This document shows positions 43,018 to 55,400 of a stretch of DNA of 64,000 nucleotides, in pieces. Position 1 is the stretch's first letter; the number at the start of each line of letters is the position of its first letter. Made by a program: the position numbers and the translations under genes. The stretch is taken from the NCBI RefSeq assembly GCF_039654945.1, contig NW_027362062.1, positions 3,100,001 through 3,164,000 of the forward strand, given 5' to 3'. Source of the DNA: Dendrobates tinctorius. Its lineage: Eukaryota. The notes beneath the pieces were generated by a model. That model was given only the letters and a program-made list of their open reading frames with translations. It was not told the DNA's origin and ran no database searches.

Positions 43018-46000
43018 CACTTGGCTGTACCCCAAATTATCACCATGACCAGTGCTACAACCTTAGAAGAAAGGTCACTCTATGCACTTCTAATACAAGA
43101 ATGGACGCAAAGAAGTTGAGAACTCCATGATTGTGCTGGTTATATAAAGCACGTGACAATCTGTATCCACATGTGCCTGTTTTATATCCATTAACACCTA
43201 AAATCAAAAAGGTGCACATAAAAGTAACAATAGGTCACATACAGATAATGTATCAGTCGGCAAAAGGGCACATAAAATGTGATAAGAGTAACCCACATGT
43301 TCTGAAGGTAAAGTAATAAATGATTATTCTCTGTATATATCAGTTGTCAGGAATGTCCAAAATACACATGGTATACAGTATTACCAATTTAACGGTTATG
43401 GACACTTTGACATTGAAAAAAAAAAAAAGATTTCTACATGTGTTTACCTTTAATAAAAGTTTCAGTTTGCAATCGTCATCCCTTCAATCATTTTCAGAGC
43501 CCCTCATAAGCAGTTTCAAGTTTTTCTCTTGTAGGAGTGTCTCTCCCAGTAGTACAGGCTGGATTTGAGGTCTGGATGTATCCAGGATACTGCTGTCTTC
43601 ACTGCTCATATGACTACAGCTCCACAACTGTACTTACTTCCTCACCTTTGCTTTCCTCTTTGCATATAGCCTGTTTTCTTTGCCCTCCATAAGACTTTAG
43701 ATACTTTCCCTTGTCTCTGCTGCAGGTCTGTGTATAACCCCCACCCCTCCCTGCTAAGGCCGGTTTCACACCTGTATTTTGCTTTTCTTACTCGGACTGT
43801 AATTTTTAATTTAAAGACTGGCTGCCGGTCTCCAAATCCAAACTCAGCACCCTCATAGGCATAAATGAGGCTGTCAGGTTTGGGTCAGGAGGCCAATCGC
43901 TGGTTCGTGCATCACAGTCCAAGCACAGAAAGCGAAAAACGGAAGTGTGAAACCGAGATGCAAGTAGGGGAGCAGTCAGAACCAGGGGTGAATGTTCTAA
44001 CGTATTTATGTCGCACTCAGATAAATGACTTACAGACACTCTGCAGCAAAATGGTAGAAAGATTAAAAAAAAAAAAGAATACTTAGAAAGTTGCATAAAT
44101 TTGCATTTTGGAAGCAAATTAATAAAAAAAAATGCTGCAAAAGGTTTATGTAGGTTAAGTATAATTTAACGATGCATTTTGATGATGAAATGTCATGGCA
44201 TATGCCTTAAAGGGGTTGTCTCATGAAGACAAGTCCTGTCCATATTCCATAGGGGCAGGCAGACAGTTGTATAAATCGGAACACAGTGTAAGGACTGACT
44301 GGCGGCTCCCCATATCCGAAGGTGACAACTCCATGTGTTTCTATTCAGCTTTTACGCTCAGGAGATCCGCCAGCTAGTCTGTGTACTGTTACGACTTCTC
44401 GGTCCGATTTATACAGCCGTCTGACTGTGCCCTTATTATAGAATATGAAGGTTGTAAAAGAGCTCTGTAAGAATAGTCCCCGGTTCTGCTGGATTCATGC
44501 TGTCCATATAGCACGTAGATGGCAATTCATCTGGGAAATAGCAATTCTACTATACTGCTGGCCGGCTTTGCATTGGACACTGGCAAACCCAGCTCTACTG
44601 TGGACTCTGTGGCAAACCCTGCTTTACAACTAGTTAGCTCTGCCTAGTACTCTGTAACAGAGTGAAATCTATTATATCGCAGAATCATCTCTGCTACACC
44701 GCTGGTCAGCTCAGTGTTCAGAGCTGGGCCGTTCTGCTCAGTACACGGTCTATAACAGACATCGCCAGATCTGATGATAACCGATTGGTGGATTACCCAT
44801 GGATCTGATATTGGCGATTTATCCTAAAGCCGGCCATACACATTATACTCTTGTTGGCCAAACCCGCCAATATCTTCGAGTATGGCTGATGTGTATGGGT
44901 GTGCCGCCCGACTGATGGTCGAGGGAGATGTCGATCGGGCATATCCGATTGTGGACTGCCAGTGGTTTTCTCACAAAGAACACAGTAGCGCTCGGCCGAA
45001 TGAGCACTCCTCTGTATGGGAAAGATGGCCGAGATGGCTGTCGACTGAATAGGTTGTATATGGCCAGCTTAAGAGTAAATCACGGACAACCCTTTTATCT
45101 TCACAAAAAAAAAAATGACCTAAACTGGATTATTCTGTAAAAAGCTTGAGTGGAGCAAAGCTTTTAACGTTTAATGCTAAGCGATAATTTTCCCATTAAC
45201 TGACTACAAGAAGAGTCTTCAAAAGAAAAAAAGCAAAGAATTGAAACAATAAAGTATATTAGAAAGTCAAAAAATTTATTTATTCCTTGACTGCAGCTGA
45301 TTTACAAACAGGAATGCCAACTTGATTTTCAAAAATTTCTGGACGGCTTATCCGAAAATCATAGATGGCCAACATTTTTTATGGACACAGTGAAAAGCCA
45401 TAATAAATCGCTAACATTCAGTGATCTATGCCTACAGCCCATAACTCTAGATTTAATATGAATTAGACAATGATGATAACTACCTAGTACCTATTCTGTA
45501 TTAGTTTCTCTAGGAAAAAAAAAAAAAAAAATCACAAATGCAATTTTTTTTTTGTTTAATGGACAGTGGGGGAAAAAAAAAGTCTTTTTTTTTTTCACTG
45601 ACCGTCCCGGAATTCCTGGACGGTCAGCAGCGGGTTTATATGAAGGCCTTTGTGAAATCAGAGAATTTTACAGTTTACAAAATCAAAATACACATTTTAA
45701 AACATTTTCCATATCACAATCTTAAAAAAAAAAAAAACCTATGGTAAATGTTCCGTTTCTCACTGAGCGACATAATGAACTATTGCTTCGAATGTTGTAA
45801 AGAGGACTTCTCTAAATTAAACTCACTGGGGCAGATTTATCAAAAAAGTGTTTAAAAAAAAAATGACATTCAGAATATTAAAAACCAGATACTAAAATAT
45901 ACTATAACTATTAATTACATAGGCAACACCTCTTCCCTTATAATTTGTACAAGGGTGTGTTTGGGTGGGATCCAGGATAATGGTGTCAGTAGAGGATCGA

Positions 46001-46205
46001 CTTTACTCTCTCGATTACCAAACAGTTTATAGTAAAACCTTTTGTAAAAAAAAAAAAATAATAAAATCAGCAGTTTCACAACTTCTCATGTCAAAACATG
46101 TTCCCCAGCAAGAACGTGCGCTGCAATCTTCATATGATCCTTCATATACAGGATTTATCAAGGTGCAGAAGGTTTGCCTGCTCCTCCATGTATGGCTGCA
46201 GTACG

Positions 46206-46915
46206 TTACTTCTTATGTCTCTGCACCAATTGGTTGACCGGTAAATGTCCGTCTTTCACTTGTGTCCGAATCTCAGGTTTATTCTTCAGAGCGAAGACCA
46301 AAGCACGGACCGTCCTTCTGTAGTGCACATTGATGAGTCTGGAGCTTTGGTAGAAAACTTCTCTTTCTATGCACTCGGCCAAAGAGTCACCGGCCTGATG
46401 GGCGAGCAGAACATAAAACGTTGCCTTGTGAACGTTCCATTATCAGTCGCCATCTTCTGCCGTTTTCAGCGAGGCTCCAGTGTAACTGCATTTGTAACTT
46501 GACGGATCAGACAGTGGCTGCTGTGTGGACCGGAAGTCACTTTTTAAATTTTCTCAATGGAGATCTAGAGAGCCTTGAATGAGTCCCACAGACACTGAGA
46601 TCCGGCGAATGACAAAGACGGTCACTAATGCCGGAGCAAACTAGAGCGCCGCTGAAAACGGCAACTAATGAGAATCTTACTGCAATCATTACACATATAC
46701 ATCACTGTAACTAAAGGGAGGGAAAAAAATAAATAAAAAAACAACCAAACCACTTCTTTAAATCCGCAATGCTCTTACTGTAAAATGCTCAGGATTTGTC
46801 ATCCATAAATTGTGGAGAGCAACAAATATATCCTGTGGAAGCATAACCTTACAGCAGTTGTATAGCATAAAAGAAAAAAATATATAAATATTTTTTATAC
46901 TAAATATATATTATC

Positions 46916-46973
<58 letters not shown>

Positions 46974-49334
46974 GTACACACACATACATACACACAAGAA
47001 CACTGTATAAGAAAAAATTTCATTTTTTTTCTACAAAATTGTCCAGGTGTAAGAATAATTTAAAAAAATATATATATTAAATATTTTTAAGCTATTATAA
47101 GCAGTTTTTAAATTAATTTTGCAGGAAATTGGGCCACAAAAATAAAATATATATATATATATTCCAGTCTCACCTGTAAAATCGTCCACCTCTCCAATAG
47201 TTCCTACAGAATTTATTTGTCCTGCAGCAAGGACGTCACGAGCATTCTTGCCACCTCTGCAGCCAATCACAGCAGTGATGCTTTCATGTACAGCATGAGA
47301 CCGCTAACACCAGCGATTGGCTGCAGCAGTCACAGGGACGCACGTGATGTCATTGCTGCAGATCAACTAAACAAGGCCTGACAGTCCCTCAATCTAGCGG
47401 CTGCAAAAAACAGAACCACAGTGTACAAGAAGGCTCCTACCTCCTTGCCCAAGGCTTCACTGATCATCCTCCGGCCATTGCTGCGCAGCTTCTCGGTCGC
47501 AGCGTCGCTCCTCACCTCTATGGTCGGCTTACATCGCTTCTCCTGTATGAACGTTTCCCATTGGACGTGAACTTCTTTAGCAAGATTGGATACTTCCTTG
47601 TCACCATGTATCTGCAGGTGCTCCACTGCCTCCCCTGTAAGAGGAGACTAGATGACTAGGCCTGACTACAAGCAAAACAAGAAAGACATGGCCGGTGTGA
47701 ACCAAAAACTGCGCCGCACCTGCCCTCAGGCTGTGTCTGGTATTGCAGCTTGGTGTTCAGCTTGGCTGCAATAAATATGGTAATATTGAGTTCAACGAAA
47801 TAAAATTGGGAAGGTGGTTTTAATCTTCTAGCTGATCAGTCTGTCTCCATGGTAACAGACTACTAACCCCCCCCCCCCGTAGTCTGCTCCTCCTTACCGC
47901 TCCTGGATCCTGAGTCAGGCTCTCCAGTTTCCTTCTGCTATGGCCAACTCCTTCTACCCAGACGCTCTGCGGTGACATCAGGCTCCCTGCCCTTATAGGC
48001 TGGGTCATGAGGCAGGACGCCACCTGAATATTCAGGTAGTTGGCACCCATGTCACTACCTAGAACCTAGTGACAAATCCAGCTCTGTTTCACAGGCTACT
48101 TCTCGGATCAGTTCTGCATGATGACTTGTGACTAGCTCAGCTCTGCTGTATTGCTGAGCCAATCTGCATTGAACTCTAACACAGACCCAGCTCTGCTACA
48201 TCGCCAAGTCAACTCTACCTTAGGGTTGTGCTACTCAGTTCTGCTTCATCGGATCAAATGTTTGAAAATTGCTCCTGTTCATCCAGGTCCTCCTGCTGCG
48301 CCAGCATCATCTGTCTGTGCTGTACCACAAATGCTCATCCAGACCAAAGGCTTCAAAGATCCACCTTAGCAGGCGAGACATGACATCAGCTAACAGATGG
48401 AAGTGTGACTACTGGGGTTTGTAGTCTGTAACCTTGGAGACACATAGGTCTGCATTGGAACTGTAGATATAAAATGGTAAGCTATATATAATGACAAATA
48501 TGTCACAGATCTGAACTTCAGTCAGAAAACGGGACCTTTTACCTATTTTAGTGGAACGTATCACCTCCTCCGAGGGAGTTTTCTTCTTTAGTTGTGACAA
48601 AGTGTCTATCAGATTCCCTGTGCTTTGGTTGGGCAGATCCAGGATACATTTCCATCTCTTTATATCTTCCAGCACCACCACCCTCTACACGAGAGGAAAA
48701 GAAAGAGACACAGACTGACATATCAGAGGGACACGTGTCCGGCTAAATCCATCTGTTGTGAAACTTCCATAGTGCAACTTCTGGCTAAGAGGCTGCTGGG
48801 AACTACAAGTCTCAGCATGCAACCTGTAACTATCCAACTACTGGGGAACTACAAGTCTCAGCATGCAACCTGTACCTATCCAACTAGTGGGAAACTACAA
48901 GTCTCAGGATGCAACCTGTAACTATCCAACTACTGGGGAACTACAAGTCTCAGCATGCAACCTGTACCTATCCAACTACTGGAGAACTACAAGTCTCAGG
49001 ATGCAACCTGCAACTATCCAACTACTGGGGAACTACAAGTCTCAGCATGCAACCTGTACCTATCCAACTAGTGGGAAACTACAAGTCTCAGGATGCAACC
49101 TGTAACTATCCAACTACTGGAGAACTACAAGTCTCAGCATGCAACCTGCAACTATCCAACTACTGGGGAACTACAAGTCTCAGGATGCAGCCTCCACCAT
49201 TGTTGTGGAGTCTCGGTTACACATCAGACTGTTACCTTCAGTGAGTGCAGAGTCGCCTGCCCCTTGGACGCCTTGTGCTTCCCTGCGTCTCCCGCTACCC
49301 GCGGTTTCGGGTTCCTGATCACGAACCTGTCCAT
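46206..49334 (-). CDS. TCEANC2: Transcription elongation factor A N-terminal and central domain-containing protein 2, 207 aa
   Basis: Exons 49334-49236 (MDRFVIRNP...QATLHSLK), 48684-48543 ([12 protein letters not shown]...STKIG), 47634-47441 (..IEVRSD..TEKLR), 46394-46206 (..[24 protein letters not shown]). 624 nt, GT-AG. Confidence 0.95.
48796..49189. repeat. 46-bp tandem array (9 motif copies) in TCEANC2 intron 1
   Basis: AACTACAAGTCTCAG(C/G)ATGC at 48801, 48847, 48893, 48939, 48985, 49031, 49077, 49123 and 49169. Confidence 0.95.
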
Positions 49335-49478
49335 GCTGCGCCCGGCCACTACTTTTCCGTACACTACCTTCCCATTCCGTACAAAAACCTCGTCGCGCAG
49401 TGATGACGTTGGTAAACAAGTCAGTGGGCGTGGCTAAGGAACCACCTACTCCGGATGTTGACTACTGGGAGGAGAAAG
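49335..49478. promoter_or_regulatory. TCEANC2/TMEM59 bidirectional promoter (144 bp between start codons)
   Basis: Divergent ATGs at 49334 (-) and 49479 (+); CRE/ATF-like TGATGACGT at 49401, GC-box-like GGGCGTGG at 49426, YY1-like AAGATGGCCGCC over the TMEM59 ATG. Confidence 0.75.
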
Positions 49479-52400
49479 ATGGCCGCCACGAAGGTGTTCT
49501 GCGGGGCTGCGCTGTTGCTATGTTGCACCTTAGGGGCTCGGGGCTCCCTGGACACCGCTTTGGGGGACAGCTCGTCCTGCCATCAAGTCTGTGAGGGTAC
49601 CTACCCCCTCCATACATACCCTGAGGTAAGAGCAGCGCCCTCCTCACCCCCAGCCCCGACCTGTACAAGCAGCGGGGGCCGCAGCAGGTCCAGCCCTGAC
49701 TCCTGTCCCCACACTGCCGCCTGAGGACTGACTCCCGTCCCCACACTGCCGCCTGAGGACTGACTCCCGTCCCCGCGCTGCCGGCTGAGGACTGGCTCCT
49801 GTCCCCCGCGCTGCCGGCTGAGGACTGGCTCCTGTCCCCCGCGCTGCCGGCTGAGGACTGGCTCCTGTCCCCCGCGCTGCCGGCTGAGGACTGGCTCCTG
49901 TCCCCCGCGCTGCCGGCTGAGGACTGGCTCCTGTCCCCCGCGCTGCCGGCTGAGGACTGGCTCCTGTCCCCCGCGCTGCCGGCTGAGGACTGGCTCCTGT
50001 CCCCCGCGCTGCCGGCTGAGGACTGGCTCCTGTCCCCCGCGCTGCCGGCTGAGGACTGGCTCCTGTCCCCCGCGCTGCCGGCTGAGGACTGGCTCCTGTC
50101 CCCCGCGCTGCCGGCTGAGGACTGGCTCCTGTCCCCCGCGCTGCCGGCTGAGGACTGGCTCCTGTCCCCCGCGCTGCCGGCTGAGGACTGGCTCCTGTCC
50201 CCCGCGCTGCCGGCTGAGGACTGGCTCCTGTCCCCCGCGCTGCCGGCTGAGGACTGGCTCCTGTCCCCCGCGCTGCCGGCTGAGGACTGGCTCCTGTCCC
50301 CCGCGCTGCCGGCTGAGGACTGGCTCCTGTCCCCCGCGCTGCCGGCTGAGGACTGGCTCCCGTCCCTGCCGGCTGAGGACTGGCTCACGTCCCTGCCGGC
50401 TGAGGACTGGCTCCCGTCCCTGCCGGCTGAGGACTGGCTCCCGTCCCTGCCGGCTGAGGACTGGCTCCCGTCCCTGCCGGCTGAGGACTGGCTCCCGTCC
50501 CTGCCGGCTGAGGACTGGCTCCCGTCCCTGCCGGCTGAGGACTGGCTCCCGTCCCTGCCGGCTGAGGACTGGCTCCCGTCCCTGCCGGCTGAGGACTGGC
50601 TCCCGTCCCTGCCGGCTGAGGACTGGCTCCCGTCCCTGCCGGCTGAGGACTGGCTCCCGTCCCTGCCGGCTGAGGACTGGCTCCCGTCCCTGCCGGCTGA
50701 GGACTGGCTCCCGTCCCTGCCGGCTGAGGACTGGCTCCCGTCCCTGCCGGCTGAGGACTGGCTCCCGTCCCTGCCGGCTGAGGACTGGCTCCCGTCCCTG
50801 CCGGCTGAGGACTGGCTCCCGTCCCTGCCGGCTGAGGACTGGCTCCCGTCCCCCCGCGCTGCCGGCTGGCTCCCGTCCCCCCGCGCTGAGGGCTGGCTCC
50901 CGTCCCCCGCGCTGAGGGCTGGCTCCCGTCCCCCGCGCTGCCGGCTGGCTCCCGTCCCCCGCGCTGAGGGCTGGCTCCCGTCCCCCGCGCTGAGGACTGG
51001 CTCCCGTCCCCCGCGCTGCCGGCTGAGGACTGGCTCCCGTCCCCCCGCGCTGCCGGCTGAGGACTGGCTCCCGTCCCCCCGCGCTGCCGGCTGAGGACTG
51101 GCTCCCGTCCCCCCGCGCTGCCGGCTGAGGACTGGCTCCCGTCCCCCCGCGCTGCCGGCTGAGGACTGGCTCCCGTCCCCCCGCGCTGCCGGCTGAGGAC
51201 TGGCTCCCGTCCCCCGCGCTGCCGGCTGGCTCCCGTCCCCCGCGCTGCCGGCTGGCTCCCGTCCCCCGCGCTGCCGGCTGGCTCCCGTCCCCCGCGCTGC
51301 CGGCTGGCTCCCGTCCCCCGCGCTGCCGGCTGGCTCCCGTCCCCCGCGCTGCCGGCTGGCTCCCGTCCCCCGCGCTGAGGGCTGGCTCCCGTCCCCCGCG
51401 CTGAGGGCTGGCTCCCGTCCCCCGCGCTGAGGGCTGGCTCCCGTCCCCCGCGCTGAGGGCTGGCTCCCGTCCCCCGCGCTGAGGGCTGGCTCCCGTCCCC
51501 CGCGCTGAGGGCTGGCTCCCGTCCCCCGCGCTGAGGGCTGGCTCCCGTCCCCCGCGCTGAGGGCTGGCTCCCGTCCCCCGCGCTGAGGGCTGGCTCCCGT
51601 CCCCCGCGCTGAGGGCTGGCTCCCGTCCCCCGCGCTGAGGGCTGGCTCCCGTCCCCCGCGCTGAGGGCTGGCTCCCGTCCCCCGCGCTGAGGGCTGGCTC
51701 CCGTCCCCCGCGCTGAGGGCTGGCTCCCGTCCCCCGCGCTGAGGGCTGGCTCCCGTCCCCCGCGCTGAGGGCTGGCTCCCGTCCCCCGCGCTGAGGGCTG
51801 GCTCCCGTCCCCCGCGCTGAGGGCTGGCTCCCGTCCCCCGCGCTGAGGGCTGGCTCCCGTCCCCCGCGCTGAGGGCTGGCTCCCGTCCCCCGCGCTGAGG
51901 GCTGGCTCCCGTCCCCCGCGCTGAGGGCTGGCTCCCGTCCCCCGCGCTGAGGGCTGGCTCCCGTCCCCCGCGCTGAGGGCTGGCTCCCGTCCCCCGCGCT
52001 GAGGGCTGGCTCCCGTCCCCCGCGCTGAGGGCTGGCTCCCGTCCCCCGCGCTGAGGGCTGGCTCCCGTCCCCCGCGCTGCCGGCTGAGGACTGGCTCCCG
52101 TCCCCCCGCGCTGCCGGCTGAGGACTGGCTCCCGTCCCCCCGCGCTGCCGGCTGAGGACTGGCTCCCGTCCCCCCGCGCTGCCGGCTGAGGACTGGCTCC
52201 CGTCCCCCGCGCTGCCGGCTGGCTCCCGTCCCCCACGCTGCCGGCTGGCTCCCGTCCCCCGCGCTGCCGGCTGGCTCCCGTCCCCCGCGCTGAGGGCTGG
52301 CTCCCGTCCCCCGCGCTGAGGGCTGGCTCCCGTCCCCCGCGCTGAGGGCTGGCTCCCGTCCCCCGCGCTGAGGGCTGGCTCCCGTCCCCCGCGCTGAGGG

Positions 52401-55400
52401 CTGGCTCCCGTCCCCCGCGCTGAGGGCTGGCTCCCGTCCCCCGCGCTGAGGGCTGGCTCCCGTCCCCCGCGCTGAGGGCTGGCTCCCGTCCCCCGCGCTG
52501 AGGGCTGGCTCCCGTCCCCCGCGCTGAGGGCTGGCTCCCGTCCCCCGCGCTGAGGGCTGGCTCCCGTCCCCCGCGCTGCCGGCTGGCTCCCGTCCCCCCG
52601 CGCTGAGGGCTGGCTCCCGTCCCCCGCGCTGCCGGCTGGCTCCCGTCCCCCCGCGCTGCCGGCTGGCTCCCGTCCCCCCGCGCTGCCGGCTGGCTCCCGT
52701 CCCCCCGCGCTGCCGGCTGAGGACTGGCTCCCGTCCCCCCGCGCTGCCGGCTGGCTCCCGTCCCCCCGCGCTGCCGGCTGGCTCCCGTCCCCCCGCGCTG
52801 CCGGCTGAGGACTGGCTCCCGTCCCCCCGCGCTGCCGGCTGGCTCCCGTCCCCCGCGCTGCTGGCTGGCTCCCGTCCCCCCGCGCTGCCGGCTGAGGACT
52901 GGCTCCTGTCCCCCGCGCTGCCGGCTGGCTCCCGTCCCCCGCGCTGCCGGCTGAGGGCTGGCTCCTGTCCCCCGCGCTGCCGGCTGAGGGCTGGCTCCTG
53001 TCCCCCGCGCTGCCGGCTGAGGGCTGGCTCCTGTCCCCCGCGCTGCCGGCTGAGGGCTGGCTCCTGTCCCCCGCGCTGCCGGCTGAGGGCTGGCTCCTGT
53101 CCCCCGCGCTGCCGGCTGAGGGCTGGCTCCTGTCCCCCGCGCTGCCGGCTGGCTCCCGTCCCCCCGCGCTGCCGGCTGAGGGCTGGCTCCTGTCCCCCGC
53201 GCTGCCGGCTGGCTCCTGTCCCCCGCGCTGCCGGCTGGCTCCTGTCCCCCGCGCTGCCGGCTGGCTCCTGTCCCCCGCGCTGCCGGCTGGCTCCCGTCCC
53301 CCCGCGCTGCCGGCTGGCTCCCGTCCCCCGCGCTGCCGGCTGAGGGCTGGCTCCTGTCCCCCGCGCTGCCGGCTGAGGGCTGGCTCCTGTCCCCCGCGCT
53401 GCCGGCTGAGGGCTGGCTCCTGTCCCCCGCGCTGCCGGCTGAGGGCTGGCTCCTGTCCCCCGCGCTGCCGGCTGGCTCCTGTCCCCCGCGCTGCCGGCTG
53501 GCTCCCGTCCCCCCGCGCTGCCGGCTGGCTCCCGTCCCCCGCGCTGCCGGCTGAGGGCTGGCTCCTGTCCCCCGCGCTGCCGGCTGAGGGCTGGCTCCTG
53601 TCCCCCGCGCTGCCGGCTGAGGGCTGGCTCCTGTCCCCCGCGCTGCCGGCTGAGGGCTGGCTCCTGTCCCCCGCGCTGCCGGCTGAGGGCTGGCTCCTGT
53701 CCCCCGCGCTGCCGGCTGAGGGCTGGCTCCTGTCCCCCGCGCTGCCGGCTGCCGGCTGGCTCCTGTCCCCCGCGCTGCCGGCTGCCGGCTGGCTCCTGTC
53801 CCCCACGCTGCCGGCTGCCGGCTGACTCCTGTCCCCCCCGCGCTGCCGGCTATATGGCCATGTGTATATATTGTACATAGTGCATAGATTATATATTGTG
53901 TTTTATCGTGTATACATTGCATTTTACAAGGCTGTGAATATATTATGCTGGTAGAATTGCTCAATTTAGATTGTTTTTGTGTTTAAGGGAACCTGTCACT
54001 AGTTTTTCCATGTATGAACCAATATCCCCACTTTCCTCATCGCCTCTGCTGCATTCCAGAAAGTTGTATATTATGTCCTGCCTCCCCCTGTATAGTCCTC
54101 CCAAAACTTTCGAAGTGCTCCAGCGAAGTATGCAAATTCAAAAAGTCCGGTCCGATGAGCGTTATTGCAGCGTCGCCTGTGCCTCCTCTTCTCTGCTGAA
54201 CGGCATCCTCCCGCTGTGATTGATGTGGATGACGCCTCCTGGGTCATCCACATAGCCCGACGAAATTTCGTGACATCGTCGGCTCACACAGGTGTACTTT
54301 GCTTTGTTGTGAGCAGAGCCTAAAAGCTAACTGCGCATGTGCCGGCATCAAGGCTATGGAGTTGGTAAGCCAAACCACCGACTCCTCAATTTCCCTGACT
54401 TCCGACTCCACGATTCAAGGCCCTGTCACACATAGCGATCTCGCTAGCGAGATTGCTGTGTGTGACAGCGATCAGCGACCGGCCCCCCTGCAGGTATCGC
54501 TGATTGCTGCAGGAAAGGCCAGGACTTTTTTTTGGTCGCTGGTCTCCCGCTGGCCACTATGCATCGCTGCGTGTGACAGGCGGGAGACCAGCGATCAGCT
54601 GGTAACTAATGTACACATCGGGTATCCAAGGGATGTGCGTCCCTTGGATACCCGATGTGTACGTTAGTTACCAGCTTCCTGCATCAGCGCGCTGGTTACT
54701 AACGTGCACAGCGATGCTGGGCGTCGCTGTGCTGATCAATGGTGAAGCTGTCTGTTTGACAGCTCACCAGCGATCACATAGCGATTCACCAGCGATCCTG
54801 ACACATTGATATCGTTGTCAGGATCGCTGGTGAGTCGCTATTTGTGAGTTCAGCCTCAGACTCCACAGCCCCGATCACTACTGAGTACATAAAGTGCAGC
54901 ACAGATTCATCTCAACTAAAAGCAGAGATCCTTAGATCAGGAACAGGACAGACATTTCAGAACTTTCTCAAACTCTTATGAAACATTTACAGCACATCCT
55001 GCACTGTACTACTGGACCCAATTTATCATATATTTTAGGAGACGGAGTTGCTCCATTTTATACTGTCTCCGACACCACCAAAATGGACACCGACTCCATG
55101 ACTCGGACTCCACAGCCACAGGTCTTTCCAGTTTTTGCTTACTGGAACCATTTCACCCATGTTGTTTCTTGTCATCGAAATTGAAATCCTCTTCTGCAAT
55201 TTCCGTCGGCAAGGAAGAAAATAATATTATCGGAACGATTCCAGTAAGCAGGAGCCAGAAAGACGTGTGCTGGATAATCAACACTACATTATGGGATAGA
55301 ATCTCAGCATTCAACTTGTGACTATCCAACTCCTGGGAACTAATAGTTCCAGTATGTGAACTCCAATTTTGTAACTGCTGGGGAAACTTCAAACCCCAGC

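Noticed and set aside
48796-49189. Regularly spaced repeats resembling a CRISPR array (also 1763-2126)
   Set aside because: The intervening sequences are near-identical rather than unique spacers; vertebrate intron context with no cas genes.
49462-53964. 1500-aa and 1425-aa minus-strand ORFs
   Set aside because: Stop-free translation of a GC-rich minisatellite antisense in TMEM59 intron 1; no domain content.
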